NCBI GenBank assembly: GCA_032154865.1
Contig: JALDXR010000001.1
Location: 1 to 36,829, forward strand
Source of the DNA: Nocardioidaceae bacterium
GTDB taxonomy: Bacteria > Actinomycetota > Actinomycetes > Propionibacteriales > Nocardioidaceae
Direction: 5' to 3'
Length of the DNA: 36,829 nt
Positions within the stretch are counted from its first letter, which is position 1. Each line of letters begins with the position of its first letter. The notes below the pieces were generated by a model. The model ran no database searches. It saw nothing but the letters and a program-made list of their open reading frames with translations, and was not told the DNA's origin. A program made the translations under genes and the position numbers. Positions 1 to 8,349 of the stretch are shown piece by piece.

Positions 1-618
1 GCCCAGGTGCAGTCGCACTTCGTGCCCGTCGTCGCCGGCGACTCGATCTGCTGCTCCTTCGTCTCGTGGGCGACGGTGCCCAACGTGACGATCATGTTCA
101 CCGCCGAGTTCTTCACCGACGAGGGCCCGCAGTACGTCTTGTCCATCGACGGTGTGAAACAGAGCGTCCACGGCAAGGCATGGACGATGACCGACGCTCC
201 GTACCGCTACGAGCTACGCAGCGTCCTGGTCCCACCGAACGCGACCTTCGCCCGGATCATCATCGAGACACGGGGCTCGCCGGTGGTCACCGAGCCCGGG
301 CCGATCGATCCCGAAACCGGTGAACCCGGTCCCGATATCACGACCGGCACCGGCCCCTACACCGCCTACCTCCAGCAGGCGTTGATCGAGAACGCCCAGG
401 TGCCCGGGCCCTACTTCGACGGCAACGACGTTGACTGCGCCTACGGCGACTACTTCTTCTTGGACAAGCCGTACGAGACGTACTCGGTCTACTACCAGAA
501 CTACCGCAGCTTCATCAACGATCCCGGCGGCAGCGACCGGATCCGATCGTTGATGAACGAGCTGCTGCCGATGGGCTCGGCGTTCGTGCTGCGCACGGCG
601 GCGGGAGGCCTGTACTAG
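1..618 (+). CDS. 3' part of an ORF entering from upstream; probable virion (tail/fibre-like) protein C-terminus
   Basis: Frame 1 is open from base 1 to TAG 616-618 with strong GC3 bias. A Pro/Gly linker (PGPIDPETGEPGPDITTGTGP) sits between beta-rich halves. No enzymatic motif was seen, so the function is only a positional guess. Confidence 0.55.
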   Translation, partial: AQVQSHFVPVVAGDSICCSFVSWATVPNVTIMFTAEFFTDEGPQYVLSIDGVKQSVHGKAWTMTDAPYRYELRSVLVPPNATFARIIIETRGSPVVTEPGPIDPETGEPGPDITTGTGPYTAYLQQALIENAQVPGPYFDGNDVDCAYGDYFFLDKPYETYSVYYQNYRSFINDPGGSDRIRSLMNELLPMGSAFVLRTAAGGLY

Positions 619-627
619 AACAACGGT

Positions 628-906
628 GTGCCTGCCATCGCCGCCGCTGCCGCTGCGTTCGTCGTCGCCCGCTGGTTGACGTTCCTCAACCGCTGGGAGT
701 TCCTCCGGGTCACGTTCAACGACGCTTTCATCGCCCTCGCCCAGGTCGGCGCCGTGGTCACGACACTGCTCGTGATGGGTCAGTTCAGCTTCACGTACCT
801 CGTCGCGGGTCTCGCCCTCGCCGACTTCGCCATGGCCGTGGCGGTCCTCATTGACCGACTCATCGTCGCTGCTAGTGTCTGGCCCTCTCTACCACGGCGG
901 CGTTGA
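628..906 (+). CDS. small integral membrane protein
   Basis: GTG start 10 nt after the upstream stop. The 92 aa include long hydrophobic runs (AIAAAAAAFVVARWL; VGAVVTTLLVMGQFSFTYLVAGLALADFAMAVAVLI). Confidence 0.55.
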   Translation: MPAIAAAAAAFVVARWLTFLNRWEFLRVTFNDAFIALAQVGAVVTTLLVMGQFSFTYLVAGLALADFAMAVAVLIDRLIVAASVWPSLPRRR

Positions 907-935
907 GCCCACAGCACCCCCTTGGAGCAAGGTCA

Positions 936-1943
936 ATGACAGCGTACGGAATCTTCGGTGATGTCGAGGCGTCGCCGAAGCTCGTCCGGGCGACGCTCAG
1001 TGACCTCCTGGAGGCACATCGTCGTTCGACACCCGACGGTGAGTTCTGGATCACGATCGCTGTGCGCGCCGGCGGGACCAAGGTCCACACCGCCGTGCTC
1101 GACTGGGCCGTGCACAACGACGTGTACCACGAGATCGTCACGCCGGCGTCGAACTGGGCGCCCGACGTCGAGCCCAACAAGTTCACCATTTCACCATCGT
1201 TCATGCTCGATGTGGTAGAGATGATGCACCACGCAGATGGTGGCAAGATCTTGGCTCTCGTCGGGGACCAGACCCCGAAGACGGACGTGTTGAGGGCGCT
1301 CGCCAAGGCCAAGGACAACGGGACCGAGATCCGCGATCTCGCTGAAGCAGGTCTCACACTGATCCTGTTTCGAGGGGACGACCCACCCGCATACGACAAC
1401 CACTCCGAGGAGGAGAACATGGCAGACGATGAGACCACCGAACTGAGCCTGGCCGAGCTGGGCGAGATCGCCGACGACTCCGAGCACGACAACGCCGAGG
1501 AGGCGCAGGGGCTGCTCGAAGAGGCGTCCGAGGAAGTCGGGGTCGATCCGAACGAGTACCCCACCTGGGCCGAGCTGGCCACCGCCCTGCAGGACCTGAA
1601 GGACGAGGCCGAGGAGCAACAGGAGGAGGAGTCCGAGGGGCTCACCCGCGAGTCGCTGGTGGGCCAGAGCATCGCCGAGATCAAGGCGCTGGCCAAGGCG
1701 GCCGGCATCGAGGGCTACGCCAAGATGCGGCGCGAGCCACTGATCAACGCCCTGCTGGGAGAGGAAGAAGAGGCTCCGCCGGCGCCCACGCCGCCGGCGA
1801 AGAAGGCCGCCGGGGCGGTCAAGAAGACAGCTGCGGGGAAGGTCTCCGGCAACGGGGATGTCACCGCCCTCAGCGACAGCGACGTCGCACGGATCGCCGA
1901 CGCTGTCGTCACGAGGATGGCGACGGCGCTGTCCGCTGGCTGA
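936..1943 (+). CDS. hypothetical protein with Rho-N/SAP-like helix motif, acidic linker and Lys/Ala-rich tail
   Basis: ATG 936 is preceded by GGAGCAAGG; the track ORF opens at TTG 903. LVGQSIAEIKALAKAAGIEGYAKMRREPLINALL matches the Rho N-terminal/SAP-like pattern. It is flanked by an acidic tract (EEENMADDETTE...EEQQEEESE) and PPAKKAAGAVKKTAAGK. Confidence 0.7.
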   Translation: MTAYGIFGDVEASPKLVRATLSDLLEAHRRSTPDGEFWITIAVRAGGTKVHTAVLDWAVHNDVYHEIVTPASNWAPDVEPNKFTISPSFMLDVVEMMHHADGGKILALVGDQTPKTDVLRALAKAKDNGTEIRDLAEAGLTLILFRGDDPPAYDNHSEEENMADDETTELSLAELGEIADDSEHDNAEEAQGLLEEASEEVGVDPNEYPTWAELATALQDLKDEAEEQQEEESEGLTRESLVGQSIAEIKALAKAAGIEGYAKMRREPLINALLGEEEEAPPAPTPPAKKAAGAVKKTAAGKVSGNGDVTALSDSDVARIADAVVTRMATALSAG

Positions 1944-2362
1944 TGCCCCGGTCGTTTCGGGACGATTGGGACACCCCCGGCGGCCACGGCGGACGAGAGG
2001 TGTTGGAGTCCCTCGCCGTCCAGCTCGGGCGCAACCGCGGCTGGTCGGCGAAGGCACTTCACCGTCACTGGCGGGAGGTCATGGCCGAGGTTGTCCAGGG
2101 GCGTGTCCTGAAGAGCACCGTCTCACCTCAGGAGTTCAACACCTTCCGCCGGCGCCGGCTCGACGAGGGGCTCACCGACGAGCAGCTCGCCCTGTCGTTC
2201 GAGGTCTACGCCACCGCCGTCATCTACGGGCCCGCCAGGGTGTACCACAACGACCTGTGGCGCACGTATGCCGGCACCTGGGCTCGATGGACCAGTCAGG
2301 TCCCAGCGCCCGCCACAGGGCCTCTGGAGGGCCAATCAGAGCGTTCTGACTGGCAACGCTGA
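1943..2362 (+). CDS. hypothetical protein
   Basis: ATG overlaps the upstream TGA (TGATG). 139 aa, GC3-rich, no recognisable motif. Confidence 0.65.
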   Translation: MPRSFRDDWDTPGGHGGREVLESLAVQLGRNRGWSAKALHRHWREVMAEVVQGRVLKSTVSPQEFNTFRRRRLDEGLTDEQLALSFEVYATAVIYGPARVYHNDLWRTYAGTWARWTSQVPAPATGPLEGQSERSDWQR

Positions 2363-2384
2363 CCAACTACGGTCCCACACGCGA

Positions 2385-2413
2385 CAGAGGCCCCGTTCAC
2401 GACAGGGCCTCTG
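2385..2413 (+). terminator. perfect 9-bp stem hairpin (CAGAGGCCC-11 nt-GGGCCTCTG) in an intergenic gap
   Basis: The arms at 2385-2393 and 2405-2413 are exact reverse complements. It lies 23 nt after the stop at 2362. There is no U-tract. Confidence 0.5.
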
Positions 2414-2449
2414 GCAGTACCAACCCCAACGATCCAGAAGGAGAAGGTG

Positions 2450-3067
2450 ATGCCGAAGGTACCACCGTTCGAGCCTGCTCGTCCAACGTTGACACTGAAG
2501 ATGTTGAATGATCTACGCCAGCAGGCGCAGCGACTCAAGATGACAGGGATCGAGCGGGAGATCACCAACCTCCTCCTCTTCGAGGGCTACGACCTGCGTT
2601 GGGCGATGTACACCGGCACCAACTTCGCCAGCGCGATGGGCGGCCTCATCGAAAGAGGCACTGTCGTTGTGAAACACGCCCTCCATTCGCTGGAGGAACG
2701 GGGTTGGATCGACCGCGGCGTCAACGGCGATGGTCAGACCTACGTCGAGCTGACGACGAAGTTCATCGCTGCCTGCCGGCTGGCATGGCAGCGGTATCTG
2801 GTCCGTCGTACCGTGGGCGCAGTGAGATGGCAGAAGTGCAACGGTGATGGCGCAGTCGCTGATCTGCTGCATCAACGGGCGCTGGGGCGTGGACGCGGAT
2901 CGTACAAAGATCGTCTGAAATCGGTGGCTGATGCGTACATCGACGGTGTAGAAAGAAGACAGAACTCAGGGTGGGTTTCCCACCCTGGCAGGGTGGGAAA
3001 GAAACCCTCGCAGGGTGGGAATCCCACCTTGAGGCTCATCGCCGGTGAACGGAAATCTGGTGCCTGA
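2450..3067 (+). CDS. winged-helix (MarR/Rep-like) DNA-binding protein; candidate replication initiator
   Basis: ATG 2450 (or GTG 2447) follows GAAGGAGAAGG. The central region TNFASAMGGLIERGTVVVKHALHSLEERGWIDRGVNGDGQTYVELT looks like a wHTH recognition helix plus wing. The gene's 3' end contains the 22-bp iterons. Confidence 0.7.
   Translation: MPKVPPFEPARPTLTLKMLNDLRQQAQRLKMTGIEREITNLLLFEGYDLRWAMYTGTNFASAMGGLIERGTVVVKHALHSLEERGWIDRGVNGDGQTYVELTTKFIAACRLAWQRYLVRRTVGAVRWQKCNGDGAVADLLHQRALGRGRGSYKDRLKSVADAYIDGVERRQNSGWVSHPGRVGKKPSQGGNPTLRLIAGERKSGA
2966..3031. repeat. three tandem 22-bp iteron-like units, each starting nCAGGGTGGG
   Basis: CAGGGTGGG occurs at 2967, 2989 and 3011, exactly 22 bp apart. 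Unit 1 contains GGGTGGG-ttt-CCCACCC and unit 3 contains GGTGGG-aat-CCCACC. The period is not a multiple of 3 and the peptide is not repetitive. Confidence 0.8.
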
Positions 3068-3128
3068 CCTGGGCCGATGCCGGATCGAGGTCTCGCGTTA
3101 TAAGAAGGACCACAACCACTTCGTTCCA

Positions 3129-3147
3129 CTCAGTGCTTCGCACTGAG
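3129..3147 (+). terminator. 8-bp stem hairpin CTCAGTGC-ttc-GCACTGAG
   Basis: Exact inverted repeat in the 137-nt gap after the stop at 3067. No U-tract. Confidence 0.4.
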
Positions 3148-3170
3148 CTGCACGAAGACTGATAAACAGT

Positions 3171-3185
3171 CCGGCCTGCGGCCGG
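3171..3185 (+). terminator. 6-bp GC stem hairpin CCGGCC-tgc-GGCCGG
   Basis: Exact inverted repeat 20 nt upstream of the ATG at 3205. It could be a terminator or a 5' UTR structure. Confidence 0.3.
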
Positions 3186-3204
3186 AACAACTGAGGTACT
3201 GACG

Positions 3205-3951
3205 ATGAAACCAACTCCGCAGGAGATCAGGTCAGCCCGGCGGATCCGCTTGTCCAGTCAGTCACAGCTGTTGTACGAGACGGACCGTTACGGGAACCGG
3301 GTGTACGACGATGAGGGGGAGCAGATCTGGGATCTCGGCCGGGCTCCGGTGGTGCTCGAAGCCGTCGGCGTGCCCAGGACCTTGTGCCAGGCCACGTTCG
3401 CCGGCTCGCAGTTCACCGAGATCGACCGGGTGCGGGACTGGTACGTCGACTCGCTCGCCGACGGTGTCGGCGGCGAGTACCTGTCGGTGCTCATCGGTGA
3501 CGCCACCAACTACACTGCTGCTGCAGTTCTGCGCAACGCCGTGAAGCACGGGCTCACCGTTGCCTGGTACGACTGGAACACCTTCACCCAGCGCTACACC
3601 GACAACATCATCCGAGATCGGCTGATCACCCACGGTAACGCCGAGGAGTCGGCGTCGGCATCCAGCGAGGTGTACACGGCGGAGGACGAGGACTTCCACA
3701 TCCGTTACGTCTACGAGGTCCTGGCGATCGTCGAGTTCAACATCGACGATGTCCGGGACTTCGCCGTGCCCGACATCTGCGCCATCTTCCGGCACCGCAC
3801 CAGCGCCGGCCTGATCACTGTGGTCACCGTCCCCACCGCCAATGGGGGTCAGATGCGAGAGAGCGCGTCCAGCTTCGGCGAACGCGGTGCTCTCCTCCGC
3901 CTGTTCGAGCACGAAAGTGTGGTCTTCGATGGAAGACAACGACATCGCTGA
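3205..3951 (+). CDS. hypothetical protein; positional candidate for a helicase loader
   Basis: ATG follows CTGAGGTACTGACG. 248 aa with no intact Walker A. LSVLIGDATNYTAAAVLRNAV sits where a P-loop would be in DnaC-like loaders. It lies between the iteron-bearing gene and the DnaB-like helicase. Confidence 0.6.
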   Translation: MKPTPQEIRSARRIRLSSQSQLLYETDRYGNRVYDDEGEQIWDLGRAPVVLEAVGVPRTLCQATFAGSQFTEIDRVRDWYVDSLADGVGGEYLSVLIGDATNYTAAAVLRNAVKHGLTVAWYDWNTFTQRYTDNIIRDRLITHGNAEESASASSEVYTAEDEDFHIRYVYEVLAIVEFNIDDVRDFAVPDICAIFRHRTSAGLITVVTVPTANGGQMRESASSFGERGALLRLFEHESVVFDGRQRHR

Positions 3952-4366
3952 CTTCGGCGCCGAGACCTACAACGTCGTGATCCTCGAACCGACGCTGGTG
4001 TACCTCGGCAACTCGCGCCGGCGGCGGTGGCGGATGCGTACCCTCACCACCGCCGATGTCGTCGCCGAGTACCGGGTCAGCGAACTGATGGGCCGGTGGA
4101 TCAACCAGCAGGGCTATATGTACTCGGTGCGCACGGCGATCTGGGGGTTCGGTGACCGCGAGATCTTCAACGCCCTGATCGAGCACGTCGATCGTCTCTT
4201 CGGCCGTTACGTGTTCCGCTATGAACACTTCGAGCGTGAGGACGACGCCCGCGCTGCGTTGATGGCCGACGGCAGCATCCACTCGGTGTACGACGCCGAC
4301 GAGGACCGCCTGGAGCGGCTGTGGGGGATGCGCGGTCACCGGGTGCAGATCGGTGGTGCCCCGTGA
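3929..4366 (+). CDS. hypothetical protein
   Basis: In the 23-nt overlap with the upstream gene, this frame has the high GC3. An alternative GTG start is at 3977. 145 aa. Confidence 0.6.
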   Translation: MEDNDIADFGAETYNVVILEPTLVYLGNSRRRRWRMRTLTTADVVAEYRVSELMGRWINQQGYMYSVRTAIWGFGDREIFNALIEHVDRLFGRYVFRYEHFEREDDARAALMADGSIHSVYDADEDRLERLWGMRGHRVQIGGAP

Positions 4367-5661
4367 GCGGTGACCCCGAGATGATGCTCCTCGCCCGGAT
4401 CATCGACACCGGTGACATCGTCACCGTGATCGAGGCCGGCGTGAAGGACGACTGGTTCGCCTCCGAGCGCGGGCTCGCCTCGTGGGACTACGTGCGCACG
4501 TACTGGGCGCAGCACCGCGAAGTGCCCACGGAGGAGGCGTTCGCCCGACGCTTCCCTGACGGCCGTCTGGAGCCCAATGGTGAGCCTCTGGGGGCACTGG
4601 TGGCCGAGCTACGGGGCAAGCGGGGCTATCTGCTGCTGTCAGACGGGCTCAAGGAGTCGGTCGACCACCTCTCCAAGGTCGCTCCCGAGGATCGTCCCGG
4701 GATGGTCACCGAGGTGGCCTCGTATCTCGTGGCGATGGCGGCCGAGATCGTCACCGACACCGCCGAGTCGACGGTCGAGGCCGTCACTGACACCGCCGAT
4801 GATTACCTGGAGTACGTGATGACCAAGGAGCCGCTGTCCGTCACCGGTGTGCGCACCGGCATCGACTTCATCGATCGTGTCACCGGCGGGATGCAGCCCG
4901 AGCAGCTGTACATCCTCGGCGGCCCACCGAAGTCGGGCAAGTCGACGATCGCCCTGTGGTGTGCGATGCAGGCCCACGCCCAGGGTGAGCGCGTCCTGTT
5001 CGTCGGCCACGAGATGTCCAACGAGGAGCAGAAGCAGCGGCGCTTCTCGCTCGGCGCCGGCGTCAACCTCAACCTGATCAAGGAGGGGCTGCGAGACAAC
5101 CCGCATGCCGAGACCGTCCGGCGCAAGCTGGTGGCGTTCATCGAGGAGTCGGCGGAGTATGGGGGCGAGCTGTACTTCGTCCATGACAACAACCCGTTCC
5201 TGTCCGGGATCGTGGCCAAGATTGAGCAGTACCATCCCACCGTGGTGGTGGTCGACGGGCTCTACCTGATGCATGACGACAACGGTGAGTCCGACGGTTC
5301 GCCTCAGGCATTGACCAACATCTCTCGGGCGATCAAGCGCTTGGCGCGCTCGCATCATCTCGCCATCTTCGCCACGACCCAGGTGTTGGAATCGAAGATG
5401 ACCAAGAGTGGGGGCGTCACCCTGTTCAGCTTCGGCTACACGTCCGCCTTCGGACAGGACGCCGACACCGTGCTCGGGGTCTGGCGCCCGGACCACACCC
5501 AGCCTTCCTCGAACATGCGCGTCGTCGCCTCCCGCAACTCGCTCGGTGCCGAAGGAACCATCGAGATCGACTTCCACGACGGCAGGGTCACCGACACCAC
5601 TGGTGACAACGAGGTCGTCAACTTCCAGGGCGAGTTCGAGAGCAGCAATGTCACTGACTGA
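4363..5661 (+). CDS. dnaB: DnaB-like replicative DNA helicase
   Basis: GTG 4363 overlaps the upstream TGA (GTGA); an alternative ATG is at 4381. Walker A LGGPPKSGKST, Walker B-like TVVVVDGLYLM, and the RecA-fold C-terminal half typical of DnaB or phage gp4-type helicases. Confidence 0.9.
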   Translation: MSGDPEMMLLARIIDTGDIVTVIEAGVKDDWFASERGLASWDYVRTYWAQHREVPTEEAFARRFPDGRLEPNGEPLGALVAELRGKRGYLLLSDGLKESVDHLSKVAPEDRPGMVTEVASYLVAMAAEIVTDTAESTVEAVTDTADDYLEYVMTKEPLSVTGVRTGIDFIDRVTGGMQPEQLYILGGPPKSGKSTIALWCAMQAHAQGERVLFVGHEMSNEEQKQRRFSLGAGVNLNLIKEGLRDNPHAETVRRKLVAFIEESAEYGGELYFVHDNNPFLSGIVAKIEQYHPTVVVVDGLYLMHDDNGESDGSPQALTNISRAIKRLARSHHLAIFATTQVLESKMTKSGGVTLFSFGYTSAFGQDADTVLGVWRPDHTQPSSNMRVVASRNSLGAEGTIEIDFHDGRVTDTTGDNEVVNFQGEFESSNVTD

Positions 5662-6586
5662 TACCCCCGTCGAGTACGCCCTCGAAGCACTGGGCGTCGA
5701 GATCGTCGGCGCATCCGGTGACGAGATCCAGTGCTTCTGCCCGGTGCACCACCTGACTCGGGGTCGGGCCCAGTCGCACCCTCGCTTCTACATGAACGCT
5801 GAATCCGGCGCCGCCCTGTGCTTCACCTGCGGTTGGCGGGGCAACCTGGCCCGGCTGGTCTCCGATCTCGAAGCCGACATCGACCTGGACGACTTCGAGT
5901 TCACCGTCCTTGTACGTCGGACCGACCGCCTCACTCGTGCTGGAGAGAGTGAAGGAGAGGAGGAGGCGGTCGATCCGTACGTCTCCGAGTACGCCTTCAA
6001 CAAGAACCCCTACCCACCGCACAAGCAGCTGCAAACTAGGCACCTGACTAAGGCCGTGGCGATGCGGTTGAATCTGCGCTGGGACGAGGCTCGCCGGCTG
6101 TGGTTGATCCCGGTGCTCGGCTTCCACGGGGAGTTCCTCGGGTGGCAGGAGAAGGGGCCCGGGTACTTCAACAACGTGCCTCCGAGAATGCGCAAGCGGC
6201 GCTCCCTGTTCGGGCTGCAACAATCGACCGGGAACCGGGTGTTCGTAGTCGAGTCCCCCCTCGACTCCGCCCGGTTCCTCCGTCACGGGCTCTCCTCGGT
6301 GGCCACCTACGGCGCTGCCATGTCGAGCGACCAGCTGCACATGGTCTGCCGGCGCTACAAGCACATCGTGCTCGCCTACGACAACGACCGCGCCGGCTGG
6401 GATGCCACGGCGTCGGTGGCCGATCAGCTGCGCATCATCTATGGTCGCCCGGCGTTGTACTACCGCTACCCACCGGGAGCCCGCGGCGAGGACCCAGGCT
6501 CGCTGTCCGGGGCGCAGTTCCGGCTCGCCGCAGCCGAACCACTGCCCGTGCCGCCAGGGATCGTGCGCTCGCTCCAGGAGCTGTGA
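5648..6586 (+). CDS. dnaG: DnaG-like DNA primase (CHC2 zinc finger + Toprim)
   Basis: ATG 5648 overlaps the helicase 3' end. Zinc finger CFCPVHH...CFTCGWRGN. Toprim signature VFVVESPLDSARF ... IVLAYDNDRAG. The upstream part of the track ORF (5408-5647) is Ser/Pro/Arg-rich out-of-frame helicase sequence. Confidence 0.9.
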   Translation: MSLTDTPVEYALEALGVEIVGASGDEIQCFCPVHHLTRGRAQSHPRFYMNAESGAALCFTCGWRGNLARLVSDLEADIDLDDFEFTVLVRRTDRLTRAGESEGEEEAVDPYVSEYAFNKNPYPPHKQLQTRHLTKAVAMRLNLRWDEARRLWLIPVLGFHGEFLGWQEKGPGYFNNVPPRMRKRRSLFGLQQSTGNRVFVVESPLDSARFLRHGLSSVATYGAAMSSDQLHMVCRRYKHIVLAYDNDRAGWDATASVADQLRIIYGRPALYYRYPPGARGEDPGSLSGAQFRLAAAEPLPVPPGIVRSLQEL

Positions 6587-6753
6587 CGAAGGTCAAATAC
6601 CTGCCGTACCCACCGCTCGGCAAGGTCGAGTTCTACTGCGACAACTGCTTGGTCACCGCTGTTGTACCATCGCACTACCCGGAGGCGTGCACGGTGCGGG
6701 TGTTCCACCACTGCCACAAGACGCACCGAGACAAGGAGCTGCTGCGCCGGTGA
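6583..6753 (+). CDS. small Cys/His-rich (zinc-ribbon-like) protein
   Basis: GTG overlaps the primase TGA (GTGA) and its own TGA overlaps the next GTG. 56 aa with YCDNC ... CTVRVFHHCHKTH. High GC3. Confidence 0.6.
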   Translation: MTKVKYLPYPPLGKVEFYCDNCLVTAVVPSHYPEACTVRVFHHCHKTHRDKELLRR

Positions 6754-8333
6754 TCCAGTCGGTCACCCCGTTCCTCTTCCAGGAGGAGGCCAAGGACCTC
6801 GTCGTCGAGCGCGGCAACGGGCTCGTTGCCCTGACGATGGGGCTGGGCAAGACGCTGGTGGCGGTGATGGCGGTCGAGGAGCTGTACGACCAGGGTGAGC
6901 TGTCCACCGGGCTGGTGATCGTGCCGGCGTCGTTGAAGTACCAGTGGCAGCGTGAGATTAAGCGCTTCACCGGGCAGAACGCACTGGTCATCGACGGCCC
7001 GCCGGAGACTCGGGCCAAGCTCTATCGCTGGGCTCCCAGGTTCCGCTACGTGATCATCAACTATGACCTCATCGTGCACGACTGGGCGCCGAAGAAGAAG
7101 TCCCCCGTCAACGCCGTCAGTGTGCGGGACATGGAGTTCGACTACATCGTCATTGACGAGTCGACGGCGATCAAGAACCCCAAGGCCAAGCGCAGCAGGT
7201 ACGTCAAGTTCCTCGGCAACCGTGCCGCTTTCCGCATCGCCCTCACCGGTACACCAGTGTTGAATCGCCCTGAGGAGCTGTTCAGTCAGATGGAGTTCGT
7301 CGACTCCGAGGTGCTCGGCGACCCCCGGGTGTTCGAGAAGACGTTCATCGTCCGTGATGACTACAACCGACCCAAGCGCTACCGCAACCTCCACGTGCTG
7401 CGGGAGCGGATGTCCGAGGTGATGTACCGCAAGACCCGTGCCGACGTCGCCGATCAGCTGCCGGCGATCCTCACATCGGTGGTGCCTTTCGATCTCTCCC
7501 CGTCCGAGGTGCGGCTGTACAACCGGGCCCGCGATCACACTCTGACCAAGCTCGCCGAGGCCCAGAAGGTGCTCGGTGGGAGCTTCAACATCCTTGCTCA
7601 CTACGGGCACATCGACGACCCGGCGGTGGAGCAGATGCGGGGCGAGGTGATGGCCGGCATGTTGATGCTGCGGTTCATCTGTGACGACCCGCATTTGATC
7701 CGGGTGTCGGCGGAGAAGTACGCCCGCGGCCGTGGTGACGGGTCGGTTCTGGCTCAGCAGTTCGTCCAGTCCGGGCTCCTCGACCACGTGCCCAAGGTGT
7801 CGACCAAGCGGGCGCTGTTCGCCGAGCTGCTCCAGTCGGCGCTCGACGAGCACCCCGAGGCCAAGGTCGTTGCGTTCTCCACGTTCAAGGATCTGCTCGA
7901 TCTCGTCCAGGACGACACCGCCGGCATCGCCAAGTCGGTGCAGTTCACCGGCGACATGAACGCTCGGCAGAAGAACGAGTCGATGCAACGGTTCAAGTCC
8001 GACCCCAAGACCCGGCTGTTCCTGTCCTCCGACGCCGGCGGGTACGGCGTCGACCTGCCCGAGGCCAACCATCTCATCAGCATTGACCTGCCGTGGTCCG
8101 GCGGCAACTTCGACCAGCGCGAGTCGCGCATCATCAGGCTCAGCTCGGAGTGGGAGCACGTCAACCTCACCGTGCTCGTCGCCCGGGGCTCGATCGAGGA
8201 GCGGATGCACAAGATGATCGAGCAGAAGCGGGGCATCTCCGACGCCTTCCTCGACGGTCACTACGACTCTCGGGGCTCGTTCTCACTGTCGTTGTCGTCG
8301 TTGACGGAGTTCCTCTCGACGTCCCGCGTGTAG
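6750..8333 (+). CDS. SNF2/Rad54-family helicase (copy 1)
   Basis: GTG 6750 in a GTGA overlap. Motif I TMGLGKT, motif II VIDESTAIKN, motif III LTGTPVLNRPEEL. C-terminal helicase lobe: GGYGVDLPEANHLISIDLPWSGGNFDQRESRIIR. Confidence 0.9.
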   Translation: MIQSVTPFLFQEEAKDLVVERGNGLVALTMGLGKTLVAVMAVEELYDQGELSTGLVIVPASLKYQWQREIKRFTGQNALVIDGPPETRAKLYRWAPRFRYVIINYDLIVHDWAPKKKSPVNAVSVRDMEFDYIVIDESTAIKNPKAKRSRYVKFLGNRAAFRIALTGTPVLNRPEELFSQMEFVDSEVLGDPRVFEKTFIVRDDYNRPKRYRNLHVLRERMSEVMYRKTRADVADQLPAILTSVVPFDLSPSEVRLYNRARDHTLTKLAEAQKVLGGSFNILAHYGHIDDPAVEQMRGEVMAGMLMLRFICDDPHLIRVSAEKYARGRGDGSVLAQQFVQSGLLDHVPKVSTKRALFAELLQSALDEHPEAKVVAFSTFKDLLDLVQDDTAGIAKSVQFTGDMNARQKNESMQRFKSDPKTRLFLSSDAGGYGVDLPEANHLISIDLPWSGGNFDQRESRIIRLSSEWEHVNLTVLVARGSIEERMHKMIEQKRGISDAFLDGHYDSRGSFSLSLSSLTEFLSTSRV

Positions 8334-8337
8334 TTGC

Positions 8338-8349
8338 TACAGTCGGTCC
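8338..8349 (+). promoter_or_regulatory. possible -10 (TACAGT) 6 nt upstream of the ATG at 8350, with no SD
   Basis: TACAGT at 8338-8343 fits TANNNT. The spacer CGGTCC has no purine-rich SD. TCGACG lies 16 nt upstream as a weak -35. Confidence 0.3.

Noticed and set aside
2941-2954. GACGGTGTAG just upstream of the iterons, identical to the 10-mer spanning the -10 of cassette P1.
   Set aside because: The hexamer here is TAGAAA, which lacks the invariant final T. No TTG-type -35 lies at 16-18 nt, and the site is inside a coding region. It is noted as possibly ori-associated but is not called a promoter.
2363-3204. A tRNA or tmRNA in the larger intergenic gaps (2363-2449, 3068-3204, 25231-25338, 25681-25772, 35579-35671).
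   Set aside because: By eye, none shows a GTTCRANYC-like T-loop with a 5-bp stem, or a cloverleaf of appropriate spacing. A tRNAscan-SE or ARAGORN run would be decisive.
5408-5647. N-terminal extensions of track ORFs (5408-5647, 6402-6749, 12448-12714, 12693-13157, 14661-14930, 31838-32506, 32520-33047, 33203-33421 and others).
   Set aside because: The extensions are Ser/Pro/Arg-rich translations of the upstream gene's alternative frame. In each case an ATG or GTG forming a 1-4 nt overlap with the upstream stop gives a compact gene with coding-like GC3.
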